This document shows positions 1 to 8,593 of a stretch of DNA of 64,000 bases, in pieces. Source of the DNA: a virus; IMG/VR virus record IMGVR_UViG_3300035070_003385, positions 1 through 64,000 of that record; one strand, given 5' to 3'. The notes beneath the pieces are model-generated. The model had not been told where the DNA came from. It saw only the letters and a list, made by a program, of their open reading frames with translations, and did no database searches. The position numbers and the translations under genes are program-made. Positions within the stretch are counted from its first letter, which is position 1. Every line of letters begins with the position of its first letter.

Positions 1-694
1 ATCTACCCTGTGTTAAATCACCGACGTCAGTTGCATTTGCATCTGTAGCAAAAGGAAACTTGTCAATTACATTTAAAGTCGTGTTTAATGGCCTGTTTAC
101 CCCGCCTGAAGTATAACCGGAAACGTTGCTAGATTGACCAGCAGTGCGGCCGCGACCTTGTGTGAGATCGCCAACATCTGTTGCATTTGCATCTGTAGCA
201 AAAGGAAACTTGTCAATTATGTTTTGAACTGTATCATCAGGATATGCTCCAGACGCATATCCTGATTCTGAACTCGATTGTCCTGCTGGTAGTTCACGTG
301 ATGCCGTTAAATCCCCAACATCTGTTGCGTTTGTATCTGTAGCAAAAGGAAACTTTTCAATTATGTTAGAAGCGGTTGGAGGCGTTTTACCTCCCGAAAC
401 GTAACCTGATACTGTACTAGATTGGCCTGTGGCGCCATCACGCGCGGCGTTCAAATTTCCAACGGTTGTTGCGTTTGCATCCGATGTAAACGAAAACTTT
501 TCAATTCTCTCTGATGCAGAGCCATACAGGTTACTAGCAGTATATCCGCTTACAGAGCCCTGAAATGAGTACGGTATTTCGTATCCAGTCGCTAGAATAG
601 CTCCATCGAACTCAAACCCTTCGTCAGTAAAGGTAAGAGTGTAGTCTCCGAAGTTAATCGTGCCGTCAGCGTTAAATTTAATCTCAGTTGCCAA
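1..694 (-). CDS. Beta-propeller repeat protein, paralog 5 (partial, runs off the window start; not in ORF track)
   Basis: Manual translation from TTG at 694 (AAGGA SD upstream) gives MATEIKFNADGTINFGDYTLTF...QGSVSGYT followed by four GQSS-GY-GG...IDKFPFATDANATDVGDLTQGR repeats. Confidence 0.85.
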   Translation of the reverse strand, partial: MATEIKFNADGTINFGDYTLTFTDEGFEFDGAILATGYEIPYSFQGSVSGYTASNLYGSASERIEKFSFTSDANATTVGNLNAARDGATGQSSTVSGYVSGGKTPPTASNIIEKFPFATDTNATDVGDLTASRELPAGQSSSESGYASGAYPDDTVQNIIDKFPFATDANATDVGDLTQGRGRTAGQSSNVSGYTSGGVNRPLNTTLNVIDKFPFATDANATDVGDLTQGR

Positions 695-711
695 GAAGGT
701 CTATCCTTTAC

Positions 712-840
712 TTAAATGTCTTCAACTAACTCTTGTAAAAGATTAAACGCATCACGGTCTTCCATTTCAAATTTTCGTAGGACCTCGAGTAATTCATCGA
801 AGTCAAGGTCCTCAATCTTTTTTGCAAGAATTAATTCCAT
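712..840 (-). CDS. Small acidic hypothetical protein (42 aa; not in ORF track)
   Basis: MELILAKKIEDLDFDELLEVLRKFEMEDRDAFNLLQELVEDI*. It starts 2 nt after the stop of the 843..1178 ORF. Confidence 0.7.
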   Translation of the reverse strand: MELILAKKIEDLDFDELLEVLRKFEMEDRDAFNLLQELVEDI

Positions 841-842
841 GA

Positions 843-1178
843 TTAGCTACCGTTCTTGGCAACAAAGTCGTCGTACCAAGCTTCAGCCATCGTAGTCACT
901 TCAGCGTCAGTCATATTCGTTGAATCCGCACCTGGGTCTTCCATATTCATATTCTGAAACGGTGTTGTCCCATGCATTGTAAGTAGACGAGTTACGAACT
1001 CGGCTTTTGTAAAAGATGTAACTGTGTCGGGTACGTAGTAATCACGAACGTCGTCTACCCAACCGATGTATGTGTTGTCCGCTGGGTTGAACCAGTGACC
1101 GCGATCGCCGACCCAACCTGGTATTTCAGCGCGTGCACTTCCATTAATTCTGTGAAGCATATATTCTATTACAGCCAT
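843..1178 (-). CDS. Hypothetical protein (111 aa)
   Basis: GGAG SD upstream; lies downstream of the late promoter at 1221-1228. Confidence 0.8.
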   Translation of the reverse strand: MAVIEYMLHRINGSARAEIPGWVGDRGHWFNPADNTYIGWVDDVRDYYVPDTVTSFTKAEFVTRLLTMHGTTPFQNMNMEDPGADSTNMTDAEVTTMAEAWYDDFVAKNGS

Positions 1179-1220
1179 TTTTTCCTCCGGGTGTTATAGT
1201 TTGAATAAGGTTTCTTAATG

Positions 1221-1228
1221 TATTTATA
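1221..1228 (-). promoter_or_regulatory. T4-type late promoter TATAAATA
   Basis: Exact TATAAATA on the minus strand in the intergenic gap. Confidence 0.7.
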
Positions 1229-1229
1229 A

Positions 1230-2000
1230 TTACAATGATCTTATATTTTTCCTTGGATATGGAAAAATATCTATTGGTGTTAATGTAATACAACAAGTAC
1301 TGTTTTGATCTCTATCTTTATTCTCGACCATATGTTCTACGCTAAATGTTGTATTTTCAACTTTTTGTTTTAAATTTTCAATATTATATTCTTTTTGTAA
1401 ATTATTTTTGCTTTCAAATACTTCGTAAAACGTTCTTGGTATTCTTCCACTGTTTAATATATCAACTATACGATTGATTGCCATATAAGAAGAATAATGA
1501 GTACTTGCGCTATCAATATATATTTTAGAATGGTCGTTCATCTTTGGAATATAATCCACGAGCAGTTTCGTAACATCAAAGACTCCGTGAGCAAAGTCAG
1601 AAAAGAGTATATCAATGTTCTTTAGATCCAATACATCGATCCTTTGGTTCAAAAAGTTAACTTGATCCTGTACCTCGTACTTTTGAACTAGACCTGTTAT
1701 GAAATCATTGTAATCATCATGATAATGATCGCCCATTGCATTCTTTGCAGTCTTAAGGCGATACCACTCACTTCCGTCGTCTATCGTATGTATTGTCCCA
1801 AACTCATTTTCCTCAAGCGCAAGTCCGGACCATAACATAGCAGATCCAAGACCGGTTCCTAATTCAACTACGGTCTCGGGTTTCATCATTTTAATTATAG
1901 AATAAAGGTACACCGAAAAGTCTTCTGTTCCGTATATAGATCCAACTCTATCAGTGTACCTTTTTAATTCTACAAACCTATCGTAGAAGTTACTCTTCAT
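1230..2000 (-). CDS. Class I SAM-dependent methyltransferase (Methyltransf_24-like)
   Basis: VVELGTGLGS motif I, IHTIDD and IDILFSDFAH. Start moved to the ATG at 2000, which overlaps the upstream stop. Confidence 0.8.
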   Translation of the reverse strand: MKSNFYDRFVELKRYTDRVGSIYGTEDFSVYLYSIIKMMKPETVVELGTGLGSAMLWSGLALEENEFGTIHTIDDGSEWYRLKTAKNAMGDHYHDDYNDFITGLVQKYEVQDQVNFLNQRIDVLDLKNIDILFSDFAHGVFDVTKLLVDYIPKMNDHSKIYIDSASTHYSSYMAINRIVDILNSGRIPRTFYEVFESKNNLQKEYNIENLKQKVENTTFSVEHMVENKDRDQNSTCCITLTPIDIFPYPRKNIRSL

Positions 2001-2940
2001 TATTCTCTTCTGACCCAAAATTGCCAAGTAATGCAACCTTATTTGAGAAAGAAATAGCTTCGTTTGGTTCTGGGTCGTATCCTAAAAGTTCCATGCGGGT
2101 TACATCAACTTTGTGTTTGTCTATCAATTCGTGAGCAAGACCATCAACAAATTCAAATAAACCTTCACTACCCCAAGAGTCTTGTTCAACTTCTTTCTTT
2201 ACATATTCTTGAATGATACGTTGCATTTTACTTGGGTTAACACCAATTTGCTCCATATATTCTTGCTCACCTTTTGTAATTTTTCCACTTTGGCGAACAT
2301 CCCGAATACATTGCACAATACTTCTTTTGAGGTGAGTAATTGACTCTTCTCTTTCGATGTCATGTTCAGAAAAACCACTCACTTTTTCTTTAAGATCTTC
2401 ATATATTTCTTGTAAAGCAAGAACGTCTTTCATTGCTCCTTCAATATATGTCATACCTTCAATAGCACCTTCTTGAAGTTCAGCTAGCTTAATCTTAAGA
2501 TCCACCTCTCTCCAATAATCAAGGTTTTCAGATTCTCCTAGCTCTTCTTGCAATTTACGAATTTTTGCTTCTTTTTTAATATGACGCCATTTTGCTTCAG
2601 TTAATGCTGATTTCTTTTTTGATAATTCGGCAGAAATTTGGCGCATATTTTTATGAGGGCTATGGTAACTGAAGTTAATATGCTTCCACATCCATTGTGT
2701 ATGACTGTGATTCCAAATATTTCCTAGTTCACCTACATTTTTTAATGCAGCGTCAACTAATTGTGAATTTTCATTAAGAGTTTTGTTACCAAAACTTGGA
2801 AGATTGCCAGTGGTGCCATGACCAAAAACCATAGCCATTGGCACCTTCATTTTTTCAGCATCTTCAGCTGTAACCATACTACTCTTACGAATTTCTTCAA
2901 ATACTGCAAGTTCGCGAGCGTTCTTTTTTTCTTCTTCCAT
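1990..2940 (-). CDS. Coiled-coil hypothetical protein
   Basis: Long helical, charged ORF. Probable start is the ATG at 2940, directly after the upstream stop at 2942-2944. Confidence 0.75.
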   Translation of the reverse strand: MEEEKKNARELAVFEEIRKSSMVTAEDAEKMKVPMAMVFGHGTTGNLPSFGNKTLNENSQLVDAALKNVGELGNIWNHSHTQWMWKHINFSYHSPHKNMRQISAELSKKKSALTEAKWRHIKKEAKIRKLQEELGESENLDYWREVDLKIKLAELQEGAIEGMTYIEGAMKDVLALQEIYEDLKEKVSGFSEHDIEREESITHLKRSIVQCIRDVRQSGKITKGEQEYMEQIGVNPSKMQRIIQEYVKKEVEQDSWGSEGLFEFVDGLAHELIDKHKVDVTRMELLGYDPEPNEAISFSNKVALLGNFGSEENNEE

Positions 2941-2941
2941 G

Positions 2942-4282
2942 TTATTTAAATCTCCTTGGTCCATGTATCCAAATTACGAGTGCATAGCGATTTCCAGTTT
3001 TAATTGGAGTAACTACATGAGGCATATAGCTCGGGAATAGAGAAATAGATCCTCTTTCTCGAACTGCTTGTATTTTATTTCCGTGGTCATCAACAACTAA
3101 ATCGCATCCAGTATAAGAATCTGAATTAGATAATTGAGCTGTAAACGATATTTTTCTTGTTGCTACTGTTCCGTTTCCAGCATCAACATGCCAATCGTAG
3201 TGTCCTGGCACTTCCGCATCGGAAGGATAATGAATAAGCTGCAGTGAGTGCTCGATATGAGATATATCATAGTCGAAGTGAACAGCGTTTGCGACTGATA
3301 CCGCCTTTGCTACCTTATCAAAGATCCATTTATTCTCTTCTATATTTTCAACAGAATAGATTTCAGCTGATCGTATCTTACGAGCAACAGTTCCTTTCGA
3401 GTCTCCACCTACGCTCGCGGATGCAGCATACGAATCGTTCGCTATCTGAATAATACGATCACATTCTTCCTCTGTAAACATCATCTGCGGAAAGGTTTCG
3501 CTGTTAACTGGAAAATATCCAGGCAAAGTGTTGTCTCGGCCTGGAAGTATAACGCCGCCGAATACAGGATCTGGAATAAGCATTTCCTTCTTCTTTTCGA
3601 GCATTTCTTTTAGCGGTGCTTGGTTGTGTTTGTGAACGATAGTTGTATTTTGTTCTTGTTCCTGAGGTTTTGGCTGTTGAACTTGATTTGATTTTACCAT
3701 AGTTTCAGAGGTTTTGTCAATACCTAAACTTGTTCTACCATCCATTGCTTGGTCGGCATGCGGGCCATTTGCATCTACGTAATGTAGGAACACTTGGCAA
3801 TGCCAATTGCCTTTAAACGGCCTTCTCCAATGAACCATTTCAGTACCTTTGTACGCAGCCATTTCTCCTGGTTCCATGGATACTGCCTTTTCTACAGTAC
3901 CATCATCATTCGAAAAATGAATAGGCCAATTTACTTTCGCATCATAACCTAAAGTTAAAGTAGTACTAATTTCACATGCAGGACGGTCCTTATGCTTTTT
4001 GAGTACGTCTCCCGTGCGATAGATGCGCGCATAGGAATATGTTGGAAGTAATTTTTTTCCAACAGCTTTACCTAGCGGTTCAACAATGTTTTGTAAAAGT
4101 GTATCAAACTTCTCATCACCGTATACAGCATCCGAGAGTGGACACTGATCGTCTTGAATAAGTTTTCCATCGGCGTGTAGTTGAAACATATGTTCGACTA
4201 GAGAGTCGCATTGTTCCTTTGTTAAAACATCTTGTAAAACTACATAGCCATTTTCTTCAAAATAATTTGCAGTATCGGTCAT
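2942..4282 (-). CDS. Tandem two-domain 2OG-Fe(II) oxygenase (prolyl-4-hydroxylase-like)
   Basis: Domain 1 has HKD...H (HKDRPACE, VHWR). Domain 2 has WHVD...PHVVTPIKTGNRY. A Q/E-rich linker joins them. Confidence 0.85.
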   Translation of the reverse strand: MTDTANYFEENGYVVLQDVLTKEQCDSLVEHMFQLHADGKLIQDDQCPLSDAVYGDEKFDTLLQNIVEPLGKAVGKKLLPTYSYARIYRTGDVLKKHKDRPACEISTTLTLGYDAKVNWPIHFSNDDGTVEKAVSMEPGEMAAYKGTEMVHWRRPFKGNWHCQVFLHYVDANGPHADQAMDGRTSLGIDKTSETMVKSNQVQQPKPQEQEQNTTIVHKHNQAPLKEMLEKKKEMLIPDPVFGGVILPGRDNTLPGYFPVNSETFPQMMFTEEECDRIIQIANDSYAASASVGGDSKGTVARKIRSAEIYSVENIEENKWIFDKVAKAVSVANAVHFDYDISHIEHSLQLIHYPSDAEVPGHYDWHVDAGNGTVATRKISFTAQLSNSDSYTGCDLVVDDHGNKIQAVRERGSISLFPSYMPHVVTPIKTGNRYALVIWIHGPRRFK

Positions 4283-4288
4283 AATAAA

Positions 4289-4861
4289 TTATTCTCCATT
4301 CGTATATTGAAATTTGCAAGTCACAACGTATCTTTTATCTTGAGCGCCACTAAAGGGCGGTGAACCACAGTGTGGAATCAATCCATCGAAAACAACCAAC
4401 CGCCCTGGTTTATATGCTGCAGCATATTCTATATTATCGAGCGTCTCATTAAAGAAGAACGTATGTCCTCCCCAATGAATGTTCCAATCCGGATGCGGAT
4501 AGTATAGAGCAGTCTTTGGTTTTTCTAGATGGTTATCATCGATATGAATCGTATCGAAATCGCTCGTTGTAGCAAGATTTACATACTGGCGATGAACTAT
4601 ATAATTCTTAGCGATGTTTTGATCCACGCTATTGAGCCTATTTATAATTCCAAACTCAGTTGCTTCTTCACGCGATCCAAAGGTATACTTAAGTTTATGT
4701 TTTTCGCCGTATATATGAGAACGGAACCCGTCACTAAAGTTTGTTGCAGTGTATGCAAACTGACGAACCTTAATGAACATTCTTGCTACTTCGTCAAAGG
4801 AAAAGAGATCATCGTATATATCGATATTACGGCCGTTTATCTGTATCTTTTTATGTTTCAT
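4289..4861 (-). CDS. 2OG-Fe(II) oxygenase
   Basis: IHIDD...WGGHTFF...PGRLVVFDGLIPH...KRYVVTCK. Confidence 0.85.
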   Translation of the reverse strand: MKHKKIQINGRNIDIYDDLFSFDEVARMFIKVRQFAYTATNFSDGFRSHIYGEKHKLKYTFGSREEATEFGIINRLNSVDQNIAKNYIVHRQYVNLATTSDFDTIHIDDNHLEKPKTALYYPHPDWNIHWGGHTFFFNETLDNIEYAAAYKPGRLVVFDGLIPHCGSPPFSGAQDKRYVVTCKFQYTNGE

Positions 4862-5418
4862 AATTTACCTACGTTAAAGCTAATGCTAACTCTTGCTTCA
4901 TCTGACATGTTTGGCTCTACATAGTGTTCTAACCAACTCGGGAAAACAATACAAGCGAGTTCTTGTGGAATAATCGGATAGTTCTTTTGTCGAATAGGGT
5001 GGGACTCGCTACGAACGGCCGGATTTGTAAATATTAATCTACCGCTGTTCTGTGGAACCTTTAGATAATATACACCCGAGAGATAACCCTCGTGAGTATG
5101 CTGATAGTTAAATGAATACTTTTGGTTGACATTTGCCCACATGCTTTGAATACCAAAATCTTTAATTCCGTATTCTTCCAGGATTGGCTGTGAGATTGAT
5201 TTTAAGAGAGTGTTGTTTATGAACTCTTTAAAGATGGGTTCTTTGTGAAGATCGTCTCTCGACTGCCATCCACCACCCGCGTTACTCTTTTCTGCGGATG
5301 GTTCGTTGTTATAGATCTCAAGGACTCGTTCAAGGTAGTCCTCGGTCTGATACTTTTCATGACTTAATACGTGACCCCAAAGAGGTGTATTAAATACATT
5401 AAACTGGTGTTCACTCAT
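4858..5418 (-). CDS. Putative 2OG-Fe(II) oxygenase (TIGR02466-like)
   Basis: MWANVN...HTHEGYLSGVYYLKVP...FPSWLEHYVEPN...RVSISFN. Confidence 0.85.
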   Translation of the reverse strand: MSEHQFNVFNTPLWGHVLSHEKYQTEDYLERVLEIYNNEPSAEKSNAGGGWQSRDDLHKEPIFKEFINNTLLKSISQPILEEYGIKDFGIQSMWANVNQKYSFNYQHTHEGYLSGVYYLKVPQNSGRLIFTNPAVRSESHPIRQKNYPIIPQELACIVFPSWLEHYVEPNMSDEARVSISFNVGKL

Positions 5419-5452
5419 TTTATTCCCTCATAATATAGTAATACTGTATTGT

Positions 5453-5460
5453 TATTTATA
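5453..5460 (-). promoter_or_regulatory. Late promoter TATAAATA overlapping the last codon and stop of the upstream propeller gene
   Basis: GTA TAA ATA on the minus strand. Confidence 0.7.
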
Positions 5461-6448
5461 CTTGTTGGCCTGCTGCGGTGCTTCGGGCTACTGTTAGATC
5501 CCCAACGTCTGTCGCATTTGCATCAGTGGCAAAAGGAAACTTTTCAATCGTATTTACATTAGGCGGCGCTATTCCTCCAGAAGCATATCCTGATACTGTT
5601 GATGATTGACCTGCAGCAACTTTTTTTGCTTGAGTTAAATCACCAACATCCGTTGCATTGGCATCAGCAGCAAAAGGAAACTTATCAATCGTATTTACAT
5701 AACTAGTTGGGCCCCCTGAAGCACCTCCTGAAGCATATCCGTTTTCAGTACTGTTTTCCGAGTTTCCTCCGTTTGCAGATCTCCCTTGCGTTAGATCCCC
5801 AACGTCTGTCGCATTTGTGTCTGTTGCGAAAGGAAACTTTTCAATCCTATTAACATCTGGAAATCCTCCTGCCGTATATCCTGATACTGTACTCGAAGTA
5901 CCTCCTATCCCAAATCCTAAAGTCCCAGGCAAGTCACCAACATCCGTTGCATTGGCATCAGCAGCAAATGGAAACTTATCGATTGTATCAACGTATGAAG
6001 GAACCCACCCGCCTGAAGAATAACCGGACGCCGTACTCATTTGACCAGTCAAAGATTTTCTTGTCTGCGTTAGATCTCCAACGTCAGTTGCATTTGTGTC
6101 TGTCGCAAAAGGAAATTTATCAATAGTATTAAAACGTATTGGCCCTGTGCCACCAGAAGTATAACCTGAAACGTCACTCGATTGACCTGCTGTTTCTCCT
6201 CTCGATTGAGTTAGATCCCCAACATCCGTTGCATTACCGTCAGACGCAAAGGGAAATTTATCAATCGTTGTTTGAAAGGGCGTACCGGCAGAAGTGTACC
6301 CACTCACAGAACCTTGTGCTTGGGTTGGCGGCGGTGGAGTCGCATAAGATCCATATTTAAACTTACCGTCGATCTCTATCCCACCGGGATGCAACGAGAT
6401 ACTATACGTCCCGAAGTTAATAGAGTTTTTATTAATTGAAATCGGCAT
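5456..6448 (-). CDS. Six-repeat Kelch-like beta-propeller protein, paralog 4 (N-terminal type A); probable virion/receptor-binding accessory
   Basis: N-terminus MPISINKNSINFGTY, poly-Pro linker, six repeats, ends GQQV. Confidence 0.85.
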   Translation of the reverse strand: MPISINKNSINFGTYSISLHPGGIEIDGKFKYGSYATPPPPTQAQGSVSGYTSAGTPFQTTIDKFPFASDGNATDVGDLTQSRGETAGQSSDVSGYTSGGTGPIRFNTIDKFPFATDTNATDVGDLTQTRKSLTGQMSTASGYSSGGWVPSYVDTIDKFPFAADANATDVGDLPGTLGFGIGGTSSTVSGYTAGGFPDVNRIEKFPFATDTNATDVGDLTQGRSANGGNSENSTENGYASGGASGGPTSYVNTIDKFPFAADANATDVGDLTQAKKVAAGQSSTVSGYASGGIAPPNVNTIEKFPFATDANATDVGDLTVARSTAAGQQV

Positions 6449-6476
6449 TTATAAAATCCTTGGCAAGTCTTTAATC

Positions 6477-6484
6477 TATTTATA
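6477..6484 (-). promoter_or_regulatory. Late promoter TATAAATA overlapping a stop codon
   Basis: GTA TAA ATA G on the minus strand. Confidence 0.7.
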
Positions 6485-7478
6485 CTTGTTGGCCTGCCGG
6501 CCTTTGCACGGTTTGTATTAAATCACCAACGTCTGTTGCATTACCATCAGAAGCAAATGGAAATTTATCAATCGTTGTAGAACCTCCGGAATTATAACCT
6601 GATGCATTACTTGATTGGCCCGCCGCGGATTGCCTTGCTTGTGTCAAATCTCCTACATCGGTTGCATTAGCATCTGATGCAAAAGGAAATTTTTCGATCG
6701 CATTAAATACCGCTGGGGTGAATCCGGGGTTGCTCCCACCTGCTACGTATCCAAACTCGGTAGAATTTTGGCCTGAAGGGCCATTGAGTCCTCGTGTTAA
6801 ATCTCCTACATCGGTTGCATTACTGTCTGATGCAAAGGGAAATTTTTCGATCGTATCGATCGGCGCGCCTGGCGGCGCGCCGCCAGAAATATAACCACTT
6901 CCTGTACTCGATTGACCTGCGATATTGTATTTAGCTGCTGTTAAATTACCAACGTCCGTTGCATTAGCATCTGAAGCAAAGGAAAATTTATCAATCACGT
7001 TTGAAATATTTGGCCAAGTTGAAACACCCCCAGAAGTATAACCAGATGCTGTACTCATTTGCCCAGCTGCGGTACTAGTTTTTACTTCAGTTAAATCGCC
7101 AACATCAGTTGCATTCCCATCGGTAGCAAAAGGAAATTTATCAATAATGTTGGATGGGGTGCCGGCCCCAAGATATCCACCCGATGTATAACCAGATACG
7201 TCACTTGATTGTCCAGTCACTGTCCATCTCGTTCCAGTTAAATCACCAACATCCGTTGCATTTGCGTCGGTAGCAAATGGAAACTTTTGAATTATGTTTA
7301 TGGGCCCCGGTGTCCCGCCAGACATATAACCACTTACAGAACCCTGAGCCTGCGTAGGCGGCGTCGGCAGAGCATAAGATCCGTACTTAAACTTGCCGTC
7401 TATCTCTATCCCATTAGGATGCAACGAGATACTATAGGTACCAAAGTTAATAGAGTTTTTGTTAATCGAGATTGGCAT
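6480..7478 (-). CDS. Six-repeat beta-propeller protein, paralog 3 (N-terminal type A)
   Basis: N-terminal ~36 aa nearly identical to 5456..6448; six repeats; ends GQQV. Confidence 0.85.
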   Translation of the reverse strand: MPISINKNSINFGTYSISLHPNGIEIDGKFKYGSYALPTPPTQAQGSVSGYMSGGTPGPINIIQKFPFATDANATDVGDLTGTRWTVTGQSSDVSGYTSGGYLGAGTPSNIIDKFPFATDGNATDVGDLTEVKTSTAAGQMSTASGYTSGGVSTWPNISNVIDKFSFASDANATDVGNLTAAKYNIAGQSSTGSGYISGGAPPGAPIDTIEKFPFASDSNATDVGDLTRGLNGPSGQNSTEFGYVAGGSNPGFTPAVFNAIEKFPFASDANATDVGDLTQARQSAAGQSSNASGYNSGGSTTIDKFPFASDGNATDVGDLIQTVQRPAGQQV

Positions 7479-7506
7479 TCATAAAATCCTTGGTAAGTCT
7501 TTAGAC

Positions 7507-7514
7507 TATTTATA
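7507..7514 (-). promoter_or_regulatory. Late promoter TATAAATA overlapping a stop codon
   Basis: GTA TAA ATA G on the minus strand. Confidence 0.7.
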
Positions 7515-8589
7515 CTTGTTGTCCTGCTGCTCGATATCTACCTTGGGTTAAGTCCCCAACATCTGTTGCATCGGCATCAGCTGCAAAAGGAAATTTGTCA
7601 ATTGTAGTAAACCTATCCGGGTGGCCACCAGAACTATAACCACTTGCTGTGCTTGATTGGCCTGCTGACCCCCACCTGGTTTGTGATAAATCACCTACGT
7701 CTGTTGCATTTGCGTCCGTTGCAAATGGAAACTTGTCGATAGTATTTGCCGCCCCGCCAGAGGCATAACCACCCCCCACATAGCCAGACACTACACCGGA
7801 TTGACCGGCTGCAGCATATCTACCTTGTGTTAGATCACCTACATCTGTTGCATTCGCATCGGCCGCAAACGGAAATTTATCGATAGTGTTCACCAGGCCT
7901 GGGTTACCACCAGAAGTATAACCAGATACTGTACTTGATTGGCCGCTGCCAGGGCGTCTACTTTGTGTTAAATCACCTACGTCTGTTGCATTAGCGTCAG
8001 CCGCAAACGGAAATTTGTTTATATCATTATAGAAAGAAGGGACCCATCCACCTGAAGTGTATCCTGAAGAATTACTAGACTGGCCTGCAGGGTCATGAAC
8101 ATCTCTCGTAAGATTTCCAACATCTGTTGCATTACCATCAGAAGAAAACGGAAACTTGTCAACGGTGTTTGTCCTCCCTGAACCACCAGAGGTATAACCA
8201 GAAACTGAACTTGACTGACCTGTCATGGCAAATCCAGCTACAGACAAGTCACCTACGTCTGTTGCATTACCATCAGAAGCAAATGGAAACTTGTCAATAG
8301 TTACTGTGCTAGGTGCATTACCCCCTGAAGTATAACCACTAATAGACCCCTGTGCCTGTGGCGGTGGCACCGGGCTAAAGCTGATCGACTGCTCTTCTGC
8401 ATTAAACTGATTAAACGCAAAGCCGTCATCCGCTATCGCTTTTGTATCTGATATCGAATAACCATCAGAAGAAACCGTATCGTTATTTGCGATTAAGATA
8501 TATGCGTCATTTGCCAACGCGGTGTTTGCCGTTGCGCTATAGTTTCGATTGTCGTCTAGGAACGTTGATCCGTTTGATTTTAATGCCAT
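7510..8589 (-). CDS. Six-repeat beta-propeller protein, paralog 2 (N-terminal type B)
   Basis: N-terminus MALKSNGSTFLDDNRNYSA..., Pro linker, six repeats, ends GQQV. Confidence 0.85.
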   Translation of the reverse strand: MALKSNGSTFLDDNRNYSATANTALANDAYILIANNDTVSSDGYSISDTKAIADDGFAFNQFNAEEQSISFSPVPPPQAQGSISGYTSGGNAPSTVTIDKFPFASDGNATDVGDLSVAGFAMTGQSSSVSGYTSGGSGRTNTVDKFPFSSDGNATDVGNLTRDVHDPAGQSSNSSGYTSGGWVPSFYNDINKFPFAADANATDVGDLTQSRRPGSGQSSTVSGYTSGGNPGLVNTIDKFPFAADANATDVGDLTQGRYAAAGQSGVVSGYVGGGYASGGAANTIDKFPFATDANATDVGDLSQTRWGSAGQSSTASGYSSGGHPDRFTTIDKFPFAADADATDVGDLTQGRYRAAGQQV

Positions 8590-8593
8590 TTTG

